From Alphaproteobacteria bacterium (GTDB lineage: Bacteria > Pseudomonadota > Alphaproteobacteria > UBA828): a stretch of DNA of 64,000 bases. The position numbers and the translations under genes were made by a program. Below the pieces are notes generated by a model. The model did not search any database. It had not been told where the DNA came from and worked only from the letters and a program-made list of their open reading frames with translations. Positions 1-8,890 of the stretch are shown here, piece by piece; the stretch's first letter is position 1, and every line of letters begins with the position of its first letter. The stretch spans positions 2,720,001 through 2,784,000 of the forward strand of contig OZ243972.1 in assembly GCA_965214705.1 (NCBI GenBank). Reading direction: 5' to 3'.

Positions 1-2212
1 AGTCTTGACTGCCGCGGCGGCGGCGCCTCCCGCCGCCGTGTCCCCTGTCGGAGGGTAGAGGCCGTTCGCCTGGTTCCGGAGCCCTGTTGGCGAAGGCAGC
101 GCCGTCACCGTCAGGATCGGCGCCGGCCGCCCCCCGAGGCGGCCGCTCCGGCCCAATCTGCGCATCGTCATCGGCGTCAGGCGGGGATTCGGCGACATGC
201 GTCCCCTCTGCCGGTTCCGGCACGCCGGTTTCACCGCCCTCCCTGGCTTCACCGGGTGGGTCGGCAGCGGCGGGAGCAAGTGCGGGTGCTTCCGCGACGC
301 CGTCCTGCGCCGCACCGGCGCCTCGTTCGGCCGCCCCCGCCGTCTCAGCTGGGCACTCCGCCATGGCAGCGTGAGGCGTGACGGGTTGCCGCGCGTCCGG
401 CGCCGGCACAGCGCCATCGCCGGCAGCGTGTGTCACCCGAGCCTGCGGCCCGCCGGCAAAGCTCGGATCGTGGCTGTCGTCCGGCCTCGGCACGAAGCGC
501 ACCGCGACGATGTCCCGCTTCCGGTACTTCAGCCTGATCCGTGCCACCGGCGAGGGGCCGGGGAACTTCAGATAGCCCGACAGGTTCTCAAGACGCGATA
601 CCTCCGACGGTAGAACCAGGGGACGCTCCTCGCGCCGCGTGCTCAGCGTCACGCCGCCGTGCGCGGTCTCGTAGCTCACGCCCTCCGAGAGGGTCTCGAC
701 CTCCACCTTGCCCAGGCTCCCCGCCGACCACTCCGACGTATCCTTGTCGGGTGACGCCAACACGACCCGGGTGCCGCACAGCCCCGAGATCGTCTGCGCA
801 AGGTCGCGCCCGTACAGGTCGCGCAGGGCGGAGAACACCTGGACCCCAAGGACGAAGCAGCCCCCGAACTGCCGGCTCTCCGAAAGGCCGGGCTCGAGGC
901 TCGGGAGCTGGTGCAGCGTCGGCAGCTCGTCCAGGATCACCCAGATGCGGCGTGAGTCGGAGCGCGACAGCGAGAGCAGCGAGTTGACCGCAATCTCCAG
1001 CCAGGTGGAGATCAGCCCCCGCAAGCTCGCGTGCTGATCGCCCCGCGACGTGAGAAACAGACAGCCGCCGCTTCCCTCGCGTTCGATCCACTTCCTGATG
1101 GAGAAGGGGTCGCCCTCGTCGGGCAGCACTTCCATGGCGCCGATGTTGGCGGTGAGCATGGCGCGGACCGAGAGCGCCGTCTTCGGGTTGGCAAGATCGA
1201 CGATGGACTGGGTCACGGTGCCCTCCATGGCCTCCGCGAGTTCGCTCAGATCGGTCTTGAGCAGACGGTCCAATAGCACCCGGTTGCGTGTCTCTCCCCT
1301 TCGCCAGAGCACGGCCGCGCCGTGAGAGAAGAGCTGGCGTGCGGCGGTGATCCAGAAGGGATCGGCGGCGTCCTTCTGGCGGGGGATCAGCGCTGCCGCC
1401 ATCGTATCGAAGTCCAGCGCGGTGCGGGCCTCGAGGAAGGGCGACCAGCGCGGCGCGCGGTCGTCGAGGGGGTTGAGCAGGACGTCCCGGCGTGGATCGA
1501 AGAAGGTCTCGGTATAGCTCCCCATCTTGTCGTAGATCACGCAACGCTCGCCCCGGCTGCGGATCTGCTCGACCAGATCCGAGATGAGCACCGTCTTGCC
1601 GGAGCCCGTGGTGCCGGAGACGATCGTGTGGTGCCTCTCGGCACCCTTCGGCCAGGGGATGCCGGCGATCAGGTAGGGCTGGGCCTCCGCGGGTCGGTTC
1701 CGCAGCAGCAGCCGACGCCGCCATGGCAGGGTGCGGCGCCTCAGCTCCTTCGCGCTTGCCAGCTCGCCGCCCCGCAGGCGCTTGCCGCGCCCCAGCCTTC
1801 GCCCCAACAAGTGCAGCCCGAAGAGGACGGCGGCGGCGAGGCCCGCACAGGCGCCGCCGCCCAGCAGAGCGGCATCGACGGCATCCCCCAGCATGCGATC
1901 CCGATAGTCGAGGATCACGGGGTGTCTGGTGATGGTGTCGAGGGTCATGACCAGGACGGTTCCATCCAGGTCGCGGATCTTCTTGGTCTTGTCGGGCTTG
2001 AAATCGGCAACCAGCATGAACTCGCTCAGCGCGTAGACGCCGAAGACGTGCCAGTCGTAGTTGGTGTAGTCGCTGGTGGTCTTCCAGATCGCGGCGCCCA
2101 GGCCTGTGAGGATGACGCCGATGCCGATCCACCAGCCGAACCTGAACCACGTGCGAAAGCCCCGGGTGGCAACCCGGAGTCCGCGCCCGGTGTCGCCGCC
2201 CACCCCGGTCAT
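1..2212 (-). CDS. traD: Type IV coupling protein, TraD/TrwB family (no stop inside window)
   Basis: Not in the ORF track; translated by hand from ATG 2212 (MTGVGGDTGRG...). Two hydrophobic N-terminal segments, Walker A HTIVSGTTGSGKT, CVIYDKMGSY, LLNPLDDR, DPFW, Walker B WVILDELPTL, SRQFGGCFVLGVQ, and a long acidic/Pro-rich tail. Confidence 0.9.
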   Translation of the reverse strand, partial: MTGVGGDTGRGLRVATRGFRTWFRFGWWIGIGVILTGLGAAIWKTTSDYTNYDWHVFGVYALSEFMLVADFKPDKTKKIRDLDGTVLVMTLDTITRHPVILDYRDRMLGDAVDAALLGGGACAGLAAAVLFGLHLLGRRLGRGKRLRGGELASAKELRRRTLPWRRRLLLRNRPAEAQPYLIAGIPWPKGAERHHTIVSGTTGSGKTVLISDLVEQIRSRGERCVIYDKMGSYTETFFDPRRDVLLNPLDDRAPRWSPFLEARTALDFDTMAAALIPRQKDAADPFWITAARQLFSHGAAVLWRRGETRNRVLLDRLLKTDLSELAEAMEGTVTQSIVDLANPKTALSVRAMLTANIGAMEVLPDEGDPFSIRKWIEREGSGGCLFLTSRGDQHASLRGLISTWLEIAVNSLLSLSRSDSRRIWVILDELPTLHQLPSLEPGLSESRQFGGCFVLGVQVFSALRDLYGRDLAQTISGLCGTRVVLASPDKDTSEWSAGSLGKVEVETLSEGVSYETAHGGVTLSTRREERPLVLPSEVSRLENLSGYLKFPGPSPVARIRLKYRKRDIVAVRFVPRPDDSHDPSFAGGPQARVTHAAGDGAVPAPDARQPVTPHAAMAECPAETAGAAERGAGAAQDGVAEAPALAPAAADPPGEAREGGETGVPEPAEGTHVAESPPDADDDAQIGPERPPRGAAGADPDGDGAAFANRAPEPGERPLPSDRGHGGGRRRRRGSQD

Positions 2213-2880
2213 TGCGAAGCCTCCACGGCGGCAGATGCCGGAGCGCCGGTTGTATCGCTCCCGGCGTGGGTATCTCCACCAGTAGAAGAGCCGGCCAGCT
2301 CCCTGAACCGCGCGAGCCAGCGCTCCGCCGCCGCCTCGGGCGCCATGGGCCGGATGGTGCGGCGTAGCGGAGGAAAGGGCGTCCTGGCGCCGTCCACACC
2401 GAGATCGCGTCTTTCCGCAGCGTCGGTCATTCTGGCGACGAAGCGCAGCACCTCGCTCCAGTCTTCCGGCGGCTTCGGGTCGAGGCCTACGGCCTCGCGC
2501 ACCGCCCTGTCGACAGCGGCGCCGTGCGCCTTTGCGCGTGCCGCCGCCTTGGCCGATGCGGGGACATCCCCCTTTTCGTCGCCGAGCCAGGCGACACGCG
2601 CGGGAACGAGAAGTGCGTGGAGCGCCAGGCAGCGCCGGTCCTCGCCGGCGATGCCGTCCAGCGCCTCGATTTCCTCGGACATGGTGAGCGCGTGCCGGGC
2701 GAGCGAGAGGAAGCGCCGCGTCCGTCCGCCCCAGCGGCAGGTGTTGGCCAGCACATGGGCGATCGCCTCGATATCCACGTCGATGTTCTCGCCCAGCGCC
2801 GGATCGCGGGGCCAGCGAGGCGGCGGCGACTGGTTCGATCGCGAGCGCCGGCGGCGGCGCTTGACGGGGGAGTCTGTCAT
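2209..2880 (-). CDS. HD-fold (YfbR/YfdR 5'-deoxynucleotidase-like) protein with degenerate active site
   Basis: DIEAIAHVLANTCRWGGRTRRFLSLARH...LHALLVPARVAWLGD...AERRDL follows the phage YfdR-like pattern, but HD is replaced by VP. Stop overlaps the traD start (ATGA). Start may be 2880 or upstream. Confidence 0.7.
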   Translation of the reverse strand: MTDSPVKRRRRRSRSNQSPPPRWPRDPALGENIDVDIEAIAHVLANTCRWGGRTRRFLSLARHALTMSEEIEALDGIAGEDRRCLALHALLVPARVAWLGDEKGDVPASAKAAARAKAHGAAVDRAVREAVGLDPKPPEDWSEVLRFVARMTDAAERRDLGVDGARTPFPPLRRTIRPMAPEAAAERWLARFRELAGSSTGGDTHAGSDTTGAPASAAVEASQ

Positions 2881-3092
2881 CGCTTCGATCCTCGTGAAGT
2901 TCCTTGGGTTGTGCGGTTGCTCATCGGGGGCCGACACAGGATCGGCCCCCGATGTCGTTTCGGCGGGAATGACTGAATTCGGGAAAGCCGGCACGGAGGC
3001 GCGAACCGCCGTGCCGGCAACCCGTCAGCCGCCCGTTGCCGATCCGGCCGATGCCGTCTGCGACCGGGCCCGCGAGAACGGCCCCGGCACCG

Positions 3093-3410
3093 TCATCGCC
3101 GCCCCCGGTCCGACGCCTGGCCGGCCTCGCACCGGAACTCCGCCCACAAACCCTTGAAGACCTTGAATGTCAGCGCCCCCAATGCGAGCAGCAGCGACAC
3201 GCAAAGCGTGAGCATCAGCACGACGACAAGGGTTTCGATCTCGCAGGTGCTCCAGGAGGAAAACTCCGCCGCGGTTCCCGACAGGGTCCCTTCATGTTCC
3301 AACGGCAGAGGCGGGGACGTCTCCGCATATGCCGGGGCGGCCTGCGGGATGACCGGCGCAGGCTCCCCGGTCTGCCTGCCCAGCGGCAGAGTTGCGCCGG
3401 CCGTCATCAC
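3093..3410 (-). CDS. Small single-pass membrane hypothetical protein
   Basis: Hydrophobic stretch LVVVLMLTLCVSLLLALGAL; start overlaps the stop of the upstream HTH gene. Confidence 0.5.
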   Translation of the reverse strand: MMTAGATLPLGRQTGEPAPVIPQAAPAYAETSPPLPLEHEGTLSGTAAEFSSWSTCEIETLVVVLMLTLCVSLLLALGALTFKVFKGLWAEFRCEAGQASDRGRR

Positions 3411-3694
3411 CGTACCCTCCCGGGGCCGTCGGCGCCCTCATCCTCGTCGTCCTCGTCATTCTCCTCGTCCCCGTCTTTCGGGATCGGACCCTGCAGCCCG
3501 TCGTCGGAGGTCGAATGCCTGCGCCGCTTGGACGCCCACTTGAGGACATCGGACAGCAGATAGCGCACGACGCCTTCGAGGTCATAGTAAGGCGGACCCC
3601 CGCCGCGGGAGCGGTAGCTCTCCAGCGTGCGGTGGCTCAGGCCCAGGTATTCCGCCACCCTCTTGGTGGATATGAACTGAGTTTTCTCGTCCAT
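3407..3694 (-). CDS. Excisionase/AlpA-like helix-turn-helix protein (putative RDF)
   Basis: MDEKTQFISTKRVAEYLGLSHRTLESYRSRGGGPPY...VRYLLSDVLKW, the HTH_17/Xis pattern; GGAGA RBS; acidic tail. Confidence 0.85.
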   Translation of the reverse strand: MDEKTQFISTKRVAEYLGLSHRTLESYRSRGGGPPYYDLEGVVRYLLSDVLKWASKRRRHSTSDDGLQGPIPKDGDEENDEDDEDEGADGPGRVR

Positions 3695-4188
3695 TTCTTT
3701 CTCCCATGTGTCCTGCCGCATCGACCGCAACAGGCGTGACGCCGTCCCCGACCGAGGCCCGCACCTGGCTCTACCGCGCTCGCGGTGTTGGCCATCAAGG
3801 CATCCACCTTGTCGTGGGTGCCGGGCGTCGGGGACCGTCCCCGTCCCAGCCTGAGCACGAAGCCGGGACCGCTCATTGCCCTCTCGCCGAACCTTTGCGG
3901 CTCGATGCCGGTCTCCTCGAGGAGGGCATCGACCTCCCGCAGGAAGCGGGTGCCGATGGGCTCCAGGTTCGTGGAAACCGGCACCGTGTCGGCAGTGCCG
4001 AGGCGCACGTCCGAACCCCGGCCGAGGCGGCCAGGGAAGGACGCGTCGCCGGGCGCAGCGCTGCCGAGGCCGCAATGCGAGAGATGATCGAGAGCGATGT
4101 GCATCTCGATGCTGTGCGCCTCGGTGCCGTCAATCGACGCCTGACGGCTGCTTCGGGTAACGCGGTCGATGTGGAGTGATGTGCCCAT
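3637..4188 (-). CDS. Protein with two tandem small HTH-like (Cro-like) units, first degenerate; possibly decaying
   Basis: Internal repeat GDASFPGRLGRGSDVRLGTADTV / SGPGFVLRLGRGRSPTPGTHDKV; 58-nt overlap with the next gene; start uncertain. Confidence 0.5.
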   Translation of the reverse strand: MGTSLHIDRVTRSSRQASIDGTEAHSIEMHIALDHLSHCGLGSAAPGDASFPGRLGRGSDVRLGTADTVPVSTNLEPIGTRFLREVDALLEETGIEPQRFGERAMSGPGFVLRLGRGRSPTPGTHDKVDALMANTASAVEPGAGLGRGRRHACCGRCGRTHGRKKWTRKLSSYPPRGWRNTWA

Positions 4189-4538
4189 GGAGAGAACATA
4201 TGGGCAACATTTCTATCTATGCAATTGTATGGAATCTTAAGGATTGAGCGGGCTCGCGAGAGCCTGGTCAATCTGGTTTGAACGAAGGCGCGGGCCACGG
4301 GTGCGGGCATCGCGGTATGTGTAAAGTGCGCCGATGTCGTGCTCAGGCTGGAGCGATCAGCTACTGAGGATGGCGGGCTTGCGGCGTCCCGGTCGATATG
4401 GCGGCCGGTTCGATCCTCTCACATTGGGCGCCCTGGCGGGCTATGAGCCAGAGGCGCCTGGCGCCCGCCGGCGAGGACGAGTTGGCCGGTGGGCCGGGAC
4501 GGGGCCCGCGCTGCCCTGGTTCGAAGCGAGCGGCTGGC

Positions 4539-5786
4539 TCATGGTGCTGCACCGCAAGGTGGCGGCGCCTGCGGCGGGCCGCGGGCGGAGAGGGGCTCCT
4601 TGCGGCGGGGGATTTCGCGGACGAGCCGCAGAACACCGCCGCAGTGTGGGCACGCCACGGGCGCGGCGGCGGTCTCGGGCTCGCGGTCCTGCTCATGGTC
4701 CCCTTCAAGCCCGTCTGCCGTTTCGCCCGGGACGGCGCAGCCGACGGTGCCCAGCGCCTCGCGCGCGCAATCCAGCGTCGTGGCGCGGCAGCCGTTGGCG
4801 AGGATGCCGAAGTAGCGGATGCGGTGCATCCCCTCGGGCAGGACGTGGAGCAGGAAGCGTCGGATGAACTCGTCGGCCGAGACGGTCATGGTGCCGTAGC
4901 GGGGCTTCTTCTGCCCCGGCTCGGCCGGCTTGCGGTGGCGGAAGGTGACGTTCTCGCCGTCGAAGGCTGTGATGCGCCTGTCCGAGATGGCGATCCTGTG
5001 GGTGTAGCGGGCGAGGTACCGGAACACCTGCTTGGGCCCCCTGAAGGGGCGCTTGGCGTAGACCACCCAGTCCCTGCTGCGGGCGGCGGCGAGGGTGGCG
5101 TGGAACTCGCCGGGATTGGCGAGATGGGCGACGGTGCCGTGGAACTCCAGCTCGCCGCTGCCATGGGCGCGCGAAAGGTCTTCGAGAAAGCGGCGGCGGA
5201 AGAAGCTGGCGAGGACCTTGACGGGGGCGAGCCAGACGCCGCTCCCCGTCTTCCACTCGCCGCTGTCTACGTCGAAGCCCGCGTTCGGCACCACCACGTG
5301 CAGATGAGGATGGAAGCGGAGCTTCTGATCCCAGGTGTGGAGCACGGCGGTGCCGCCGATCCGCAGGCCACCGTGCCTGGGATCGGCGGCGATGGTGCGC
5401 AGGGTCTCGGCCACCGTCCTGAACAGGATGTCGAAGACGACCCTCCGGTTGCCGAAGGCGATCTGGACGATCTCCCTCGGCAGGGTGAAGACGACATGGA
5501 AGTAGGGCACCGGCAGGATGTCCGCGGCCCGCGCCTCGCTCCATCGGTTTGCGGCGAGGCCCTGGCAGGTCGGGCAGTGCCGGTTGCGGCACGAGTTGAA
5601 CAGCGGATGCTCGCGCCCACAGCCGTCGCAGGCGTACATGTGCCCACCCAGCACGGCGGTGCGGCACGCCTCGATGTCGGCCATGACCTTGAGCCGGCCG
5701 GCGTCGATGCGCCCTTCCCGGCGCTCACGGAAGGCGCCGGCGGCGCAGCGGAAGATCTCCGCCACGCCGGCGCGCTCGCGCGCCAC
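4539..5786 (-). CDS. IS91-family rolling-circle (HUH, Y2) transposase
   Basis: Zn motif SCRNRHCPTCQ, YFHVVFTLP, LHTW, HUH motif HPHLH, catalytic YLARY, RIRYFG. Confidence 0.95.
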   Translation of the reverse strand: MARERAGVAEIFRCAAGAFRERREGRIDAGRLKVMADIEACRTAVLGGHMYACDGCGREHPLFNSCRNRHCPTCQGLAANRWSEARAADILPVPYFHVVFTLPREIVQIAFGNRRVVFDILFRTVAETLRTIAADPRHGGLRIGGTAVLHTWDQKLRFHPHLHVVVPNAGFDVDSGEWKTGSGVWLAPVKVLASFFRRRFLEDLSRAHGSGELEFHGTVAHLANPGEFHATLAAARSRDWVVYAKRPFRGPKQVFRYLARYTHRIAISDRRITAFDGENVTFRHRKPAEPGQKKPRYGTMTVSADEFIRRFLLHVLPEGMHRIRYFGILANGCRATTLDCAREALGTVGCAVPGETADGLEGDHEQDREPETAAAPVACPHCGGVLRLVREIPRRKEPLSARGPPQAPPPCGAAP

Positions 5787-5792
5787 GGCGGT

Positions 5793-6674
5793 TTAGCTGC
5801 GCAGGACCGGGAAGCCCGAGAGGGGGTGGTCGAGGGCCTCGAACATCTTGCCGGTGGCGCGCGCGTAGCCGCGGGTCGTGTCGGCGCTTCGATGCCCGAG
5901 CGCGTCGCGGATCACCTCGATGTTGCCGCCGCGCTCAAGCAGATGGGTCGCGGCCGAATGACGCAGGCTGTGGAAGCTGTGGCAGGGGGCGATGCCAACC
6001 CGCTCGCGGGCCTTCTTGAAGGCACGGTGCAGGGCCGCCGCCGAGATGTGCTCGTCGAGCGAAGCGCCGTAAAATAGCCAGCTTGCCGGCTGCGGCCAGA
6101 TGTTCTTGAAGTAGCTGCGCAGGTAATGGATGACCCCGTCGGGCAGCGGGGCCATCCTCTCTGTACCGCCCTTGCCGGACGGGATGTGCAGGCACTTCCT
6201 GTCCGCCTTGATGTCGCCGATCTTGACGGTGACGGTCTCGGAGACCCGCAGGCCGGCGCCGTAAGCGGTGACGAAGGCGGCACGGTGTTGGAGGTCGGGC
6301 GTCGCCAGGATCAGGCGCTCGACCTCCTGCTCCGTCATGGATCGCGGCAACTGGGAGGGCAGCTTTCGATTGCGCACCCCGGCCACGCGCTCGGGACATC
6401 CCAGCGTGTCGACGTACAGGAACCTGAGGGCGGAGAGCGTGCTGTTCGTTGTGGCGGGGCTGAGACCCCTGTCGATCAGTGTGAGAACGAAGTCGCGCAC
6501 CTGCTCTGCGTCGAGGTCGGCCGGCGAAGCCCCATAGTGCTTGGCCATGCGCTCGACCTCGAAGAGGTAGGCAGTTTGTGTGCTCGCGGCCAGATTGGCG
6601 ATGCGCATCTGGTCGATCATCCGCTGACGAAGCGGGCTACCCTTCGCCCCGCAAGTCGCCTTCTCAGTCATCAT
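5793..6674 (-). CDS. Tyrosine recombinase/integrase (SAM-like N-terminus) paired with the IS91 transposase
   Basis: YGAGLRVSE, GKG, HSLRHS, LGH, catalytic Tyr in TRGYA. Confidence 0.93.
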   Translation of the reverse strand: MMTEKATCGAKGSPLRQRMIDQMRIANLAASTQTAYLFEVERMAKHYGASPADLDAEQVRDFVLTLIDRGLSPATTNSTLSALRFLYVDTLGCPERVAGVRNRKLPSQLPRSMTEQEVERLILATPDLQHRAAFVTAYGAGLRVSETVTVKIGDIKADRKCLHIPSGKGGTERMAPLPDGVIHYLRSYFKNIWPQPASWLFYGASLDEHISAAALHRAFKKARERVGIAPCHSFHSLRHSAATHLLERGGNIEVIRDALGHRSADTTRGYARATGKMFEALDHPLSGFPVLRS

Positions 6675-7354
6675 CGATCTCCCTCGATCATGACGGCGAG
6701 CCGCCGGACCGTTCCGACGGCGGACCGTCTCGGAGATCGATGCTAGCTACTGGTGATCGAAAGGCGGCCAGCGGCTCCCACACAAAATGGGTGGTCGCAA
6801 CTCGACACAGGCCGCAGGGTGCGCGCCCGTCAAGAGAACCTGCGGCATCGGGAAAGTGAACGAAGCCTAAGCCGCCAACTCCGCGTAGCGGCTTCGTTCA
6901 ATCGGAGATTGGATGTAGCATTAGGCATAAAGCGACGACATAAGGTGTCAGGAGTACTCAGGAGTACCATCCGGTACGACGATCAACTTTTTGTGATCCC
7001 AGCACGGCCCTTTTGGGCGCAAGACTTCGCCGCCATCGGCTGCAACCGCTACAGGGTCGGCGGTTAGGCGGAATTCCGAAGGCGGACGCCTGCCGCTGCA
7101 GACATCGCGATGCACGTTGAACTCCTCAACGGCGAACCCGAACAACCGCGCCACGAAGCACGGCGCTCGCGGGGGCAGGTTGTCCATCGCGACCCTGTCG
7201 CCAGCTCAAGGGGCGACGGCACCGGCAGATGCTCGGCACGGGTAAGGCGGCGTCATGCACGGCGCCGTTATTCGCCAGGCATCTCTCTCGTCACGCGCGC
7301 CGATCCAGCCATGAGATATCGAGAACGGTGAAGAACGAAGTCAGCCGGCACAAA

Positions 7355-8509
7355 CTAACCTGCGACCTCGGCGATCCTGCTCGCGATCCGGTTGGCGGCC
7401 GCCTTCACGGGGTCGTTGGCCAGGTGCGCATAGCGCGAGGTCGTCGTCACCCTGTTGTGCCCAAGGAGCTTGCCGATCATCGGAAGCCCTTCACCGACCA
7501 GCAGGCCGCCACTGGCAAAGGAATGCCTGAGGTCGTGGATTCGCAGATTCTCGATCCCTGCACGGTCGAGAATGCGGCGCCATGAGTCGTGCAGGTAGGC
7601 GATATGCTTGCCACCCCTGATGCCCGGCAACACCCACGGACTGCCGTCTGCGCGCGGGATGCCCCGCAGCACTGCGATCGCCGGATCGCCCAGGTGCACC
7701 ACCTTCGATCCGGTCTTGCTCTCCGGCAACCTGAGCTCGCCTGACTCAAGATCGACGTGCTCCCACCGCAGGCTCATGATCTCCCCGCTCCGGCACCCGG
7801 TCAGCATCAGCAAGCGTATCGCGGCGATCGCCACCGGGGAGACGAAGCCCTCCGCCTCCGCGTCACGAAGCGCGGCGCCGAGACGGCGGTACTCGTCGTC
7901 CGAGAGAAACCGCTCGCGCTTGTGCTCCGGATACTTCTTGACGTGCCGGCACGGATTGACGCCCTCGGGCCGCATCTCCCAAACCTCGGCGAGGGTCAGC
8001 ATGCGCGAGAGCACGCTCAGCGTCCGGTTGGCATGGCCGGGGACGTCGCGCATCTCGTGGTGAAGAGCGGCGACGTCGTTCTTGCCGAGATCGCCGACCC
8101 TGCGCTTGCCGAGACGGGGAAGGATGCGGTTGTCGATGATCTTGCGGTAGAGCCGCGCGGTGCCGGGCTTCAGATGGGCAGGGGCGTACTCCTCCATGAA
8201 GCGCTTGGCGAGGTCTGCCACGGTGGCGCCTCTCTTGCCGCGGGGGATCTTCCCTTCGAGATCGCGGCCGGTCTTCGCGAGGGTGACGATTTCCGCTGCC
8301 TTCGCCCGCGCGGCGGCAGGGGTGATGGGGCCGTGGGGTCCGATGGTGACTTTGACGGATCGTCCCTCGTGTCGGTACTTGACGATGTAGACCTTTCGCC
8401 CCGTCGGATGGACGCGGACCCCGAAGCCCTTTATGGCGTCGTCCCAGAGGACGCGCTCCCGCTCTTCGGGGGCGAGGGCATCGACGGTTCTCTTGGTGAT
8501 TTTCGGCAA
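7355..8509 (-). CDS. Tyrosine integrase with N-terminal arm-binding domain
   Basis: Probable TTG start (LPKITKRTVDAL...LWDDAIKGFGVRV); GCRSGE, HDLRHSF, LGH, RYAH catalytic set intact. Confidence 0.92.
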   Translation of the reverse strand: MPKITKRTVDALAPEERERVLWDDAIKGFGVRVHPTGRKVYIVKYRHEGRSVKVTIGPHGPITPAAARAKAAEIVTLAKTGRDLEGKIPRGKRGATVADLAKRFMEEYAPAHLKPGTARLYRKIIDNRILPRLGKRRVGDLGKNDVAALHHEMRDVPGHANRTLSVLSRMLTLAEVWEMRPEGVNPCRHVKKYPEHKRERFLSDDEYRRLGAALRDAEAEGFVSPVAIAAIRLLMLTGCRSGEIMSLRWEHVDLESGELRLPESKTGSKVVHLGDPAIAVLRGIPRADGSPWVLPGIRGGKHIAYLHDSWRRILDRAGIENLRIHDLRHSFASGGLLVGEGLPMIGKLLGHNRVTTTSRYAHLANDPVKAAANRIASRIAEVAG

Positions 8510-8758
8510 GGTGCTGATCTTTCCTGCTGGTTCCGGGCGCCATATAGGTACCCGCAGAACGCGAACCGGAGCGTACGATATCGTATTCCTGTCCGCAAGA
8601 GGATGTCCATAAAGCACTGACGTGAGTAAAATATCGTATCTCTCTCGTCGTCTAGGGGCATATTCCCAATACTATGGTGCGGTGCACGGCGCCCTGTGTG
8701 CGCGCCAGGATCGTTCCATGCAGCGTGCCAACGAGCAGACCCCCGAAGGGCGCCAGCC

Positions 8759-8802
8759 ATCCCGAGGCATCCCTGCTATCCCGCTTAATCCCGGCGAATT
8801 CC
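8759..8802. repeat. Five helically phased ATCCC-like repeats upstream of the integrase
   Basis: ATCCC at 8759, 8769, 8778, 8788 and ATTCC at 8798 (spacing 10/9/10/10). Confidence 0.6.
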
Positions 8803-8890
8803 GGAAGAAATTAAGGTTTGCTGGACTGGGACGGCCGAACTGAACTGCGACTGTGGTGAGATTCTCGGCCCGGTACGGCCGTTCGCGGCC

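Larger units (their letters stand above)
4278..6901 (-). mobile_element. IS91-like element carrying a tyrosine recombinase and a Y2 transposase
   Basis: Inverted ends TTGAACGAAGGCGC (4278-4291) and GCGGCTTCGTTCAA (6888-6901), 13/14 match; two co-oriented genes; no target duplication seen. Ends could extend a few bases. Confidence 0.8.
1..8810. mobile_element. Right arm of an integrative (probably mobilisable/conjugative) element; left part lies outside the window
   Basis: Coupling protein, excisionase-like HTH and arm-type tyrosine integrase all on the minus strand. Right boundary is approximate, placed after the phased repeats at 8759-8802; no att core identified. Confidence 0.75.

Noticed and set aside
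588-3157. Long ORFs 588-2399(-) and 1322-3157(+)
   Set aside because: Off-frame or antisense shadows of traD and the HD-like gene; Arg/Pro-rich with no motifs.
4398-6077. 559-aa plus-strand ORF
   Set aside because: Antisense shadow of the IS91 transposase, typical of high-GC codon bias.
6902-7354. Short ORFs and a 10-bp tandem repeat TCAGGAGTAC x2 (6948-6967)
   Set aside because: No recognisable protein; two copies only, no function supportable.
8815-8850. TTGCTGGACTGGGACGG as a possible dusA-type att remnant (MMDWT-like)
   Set aside because: Weak match with an indel and no dusA adjacent.
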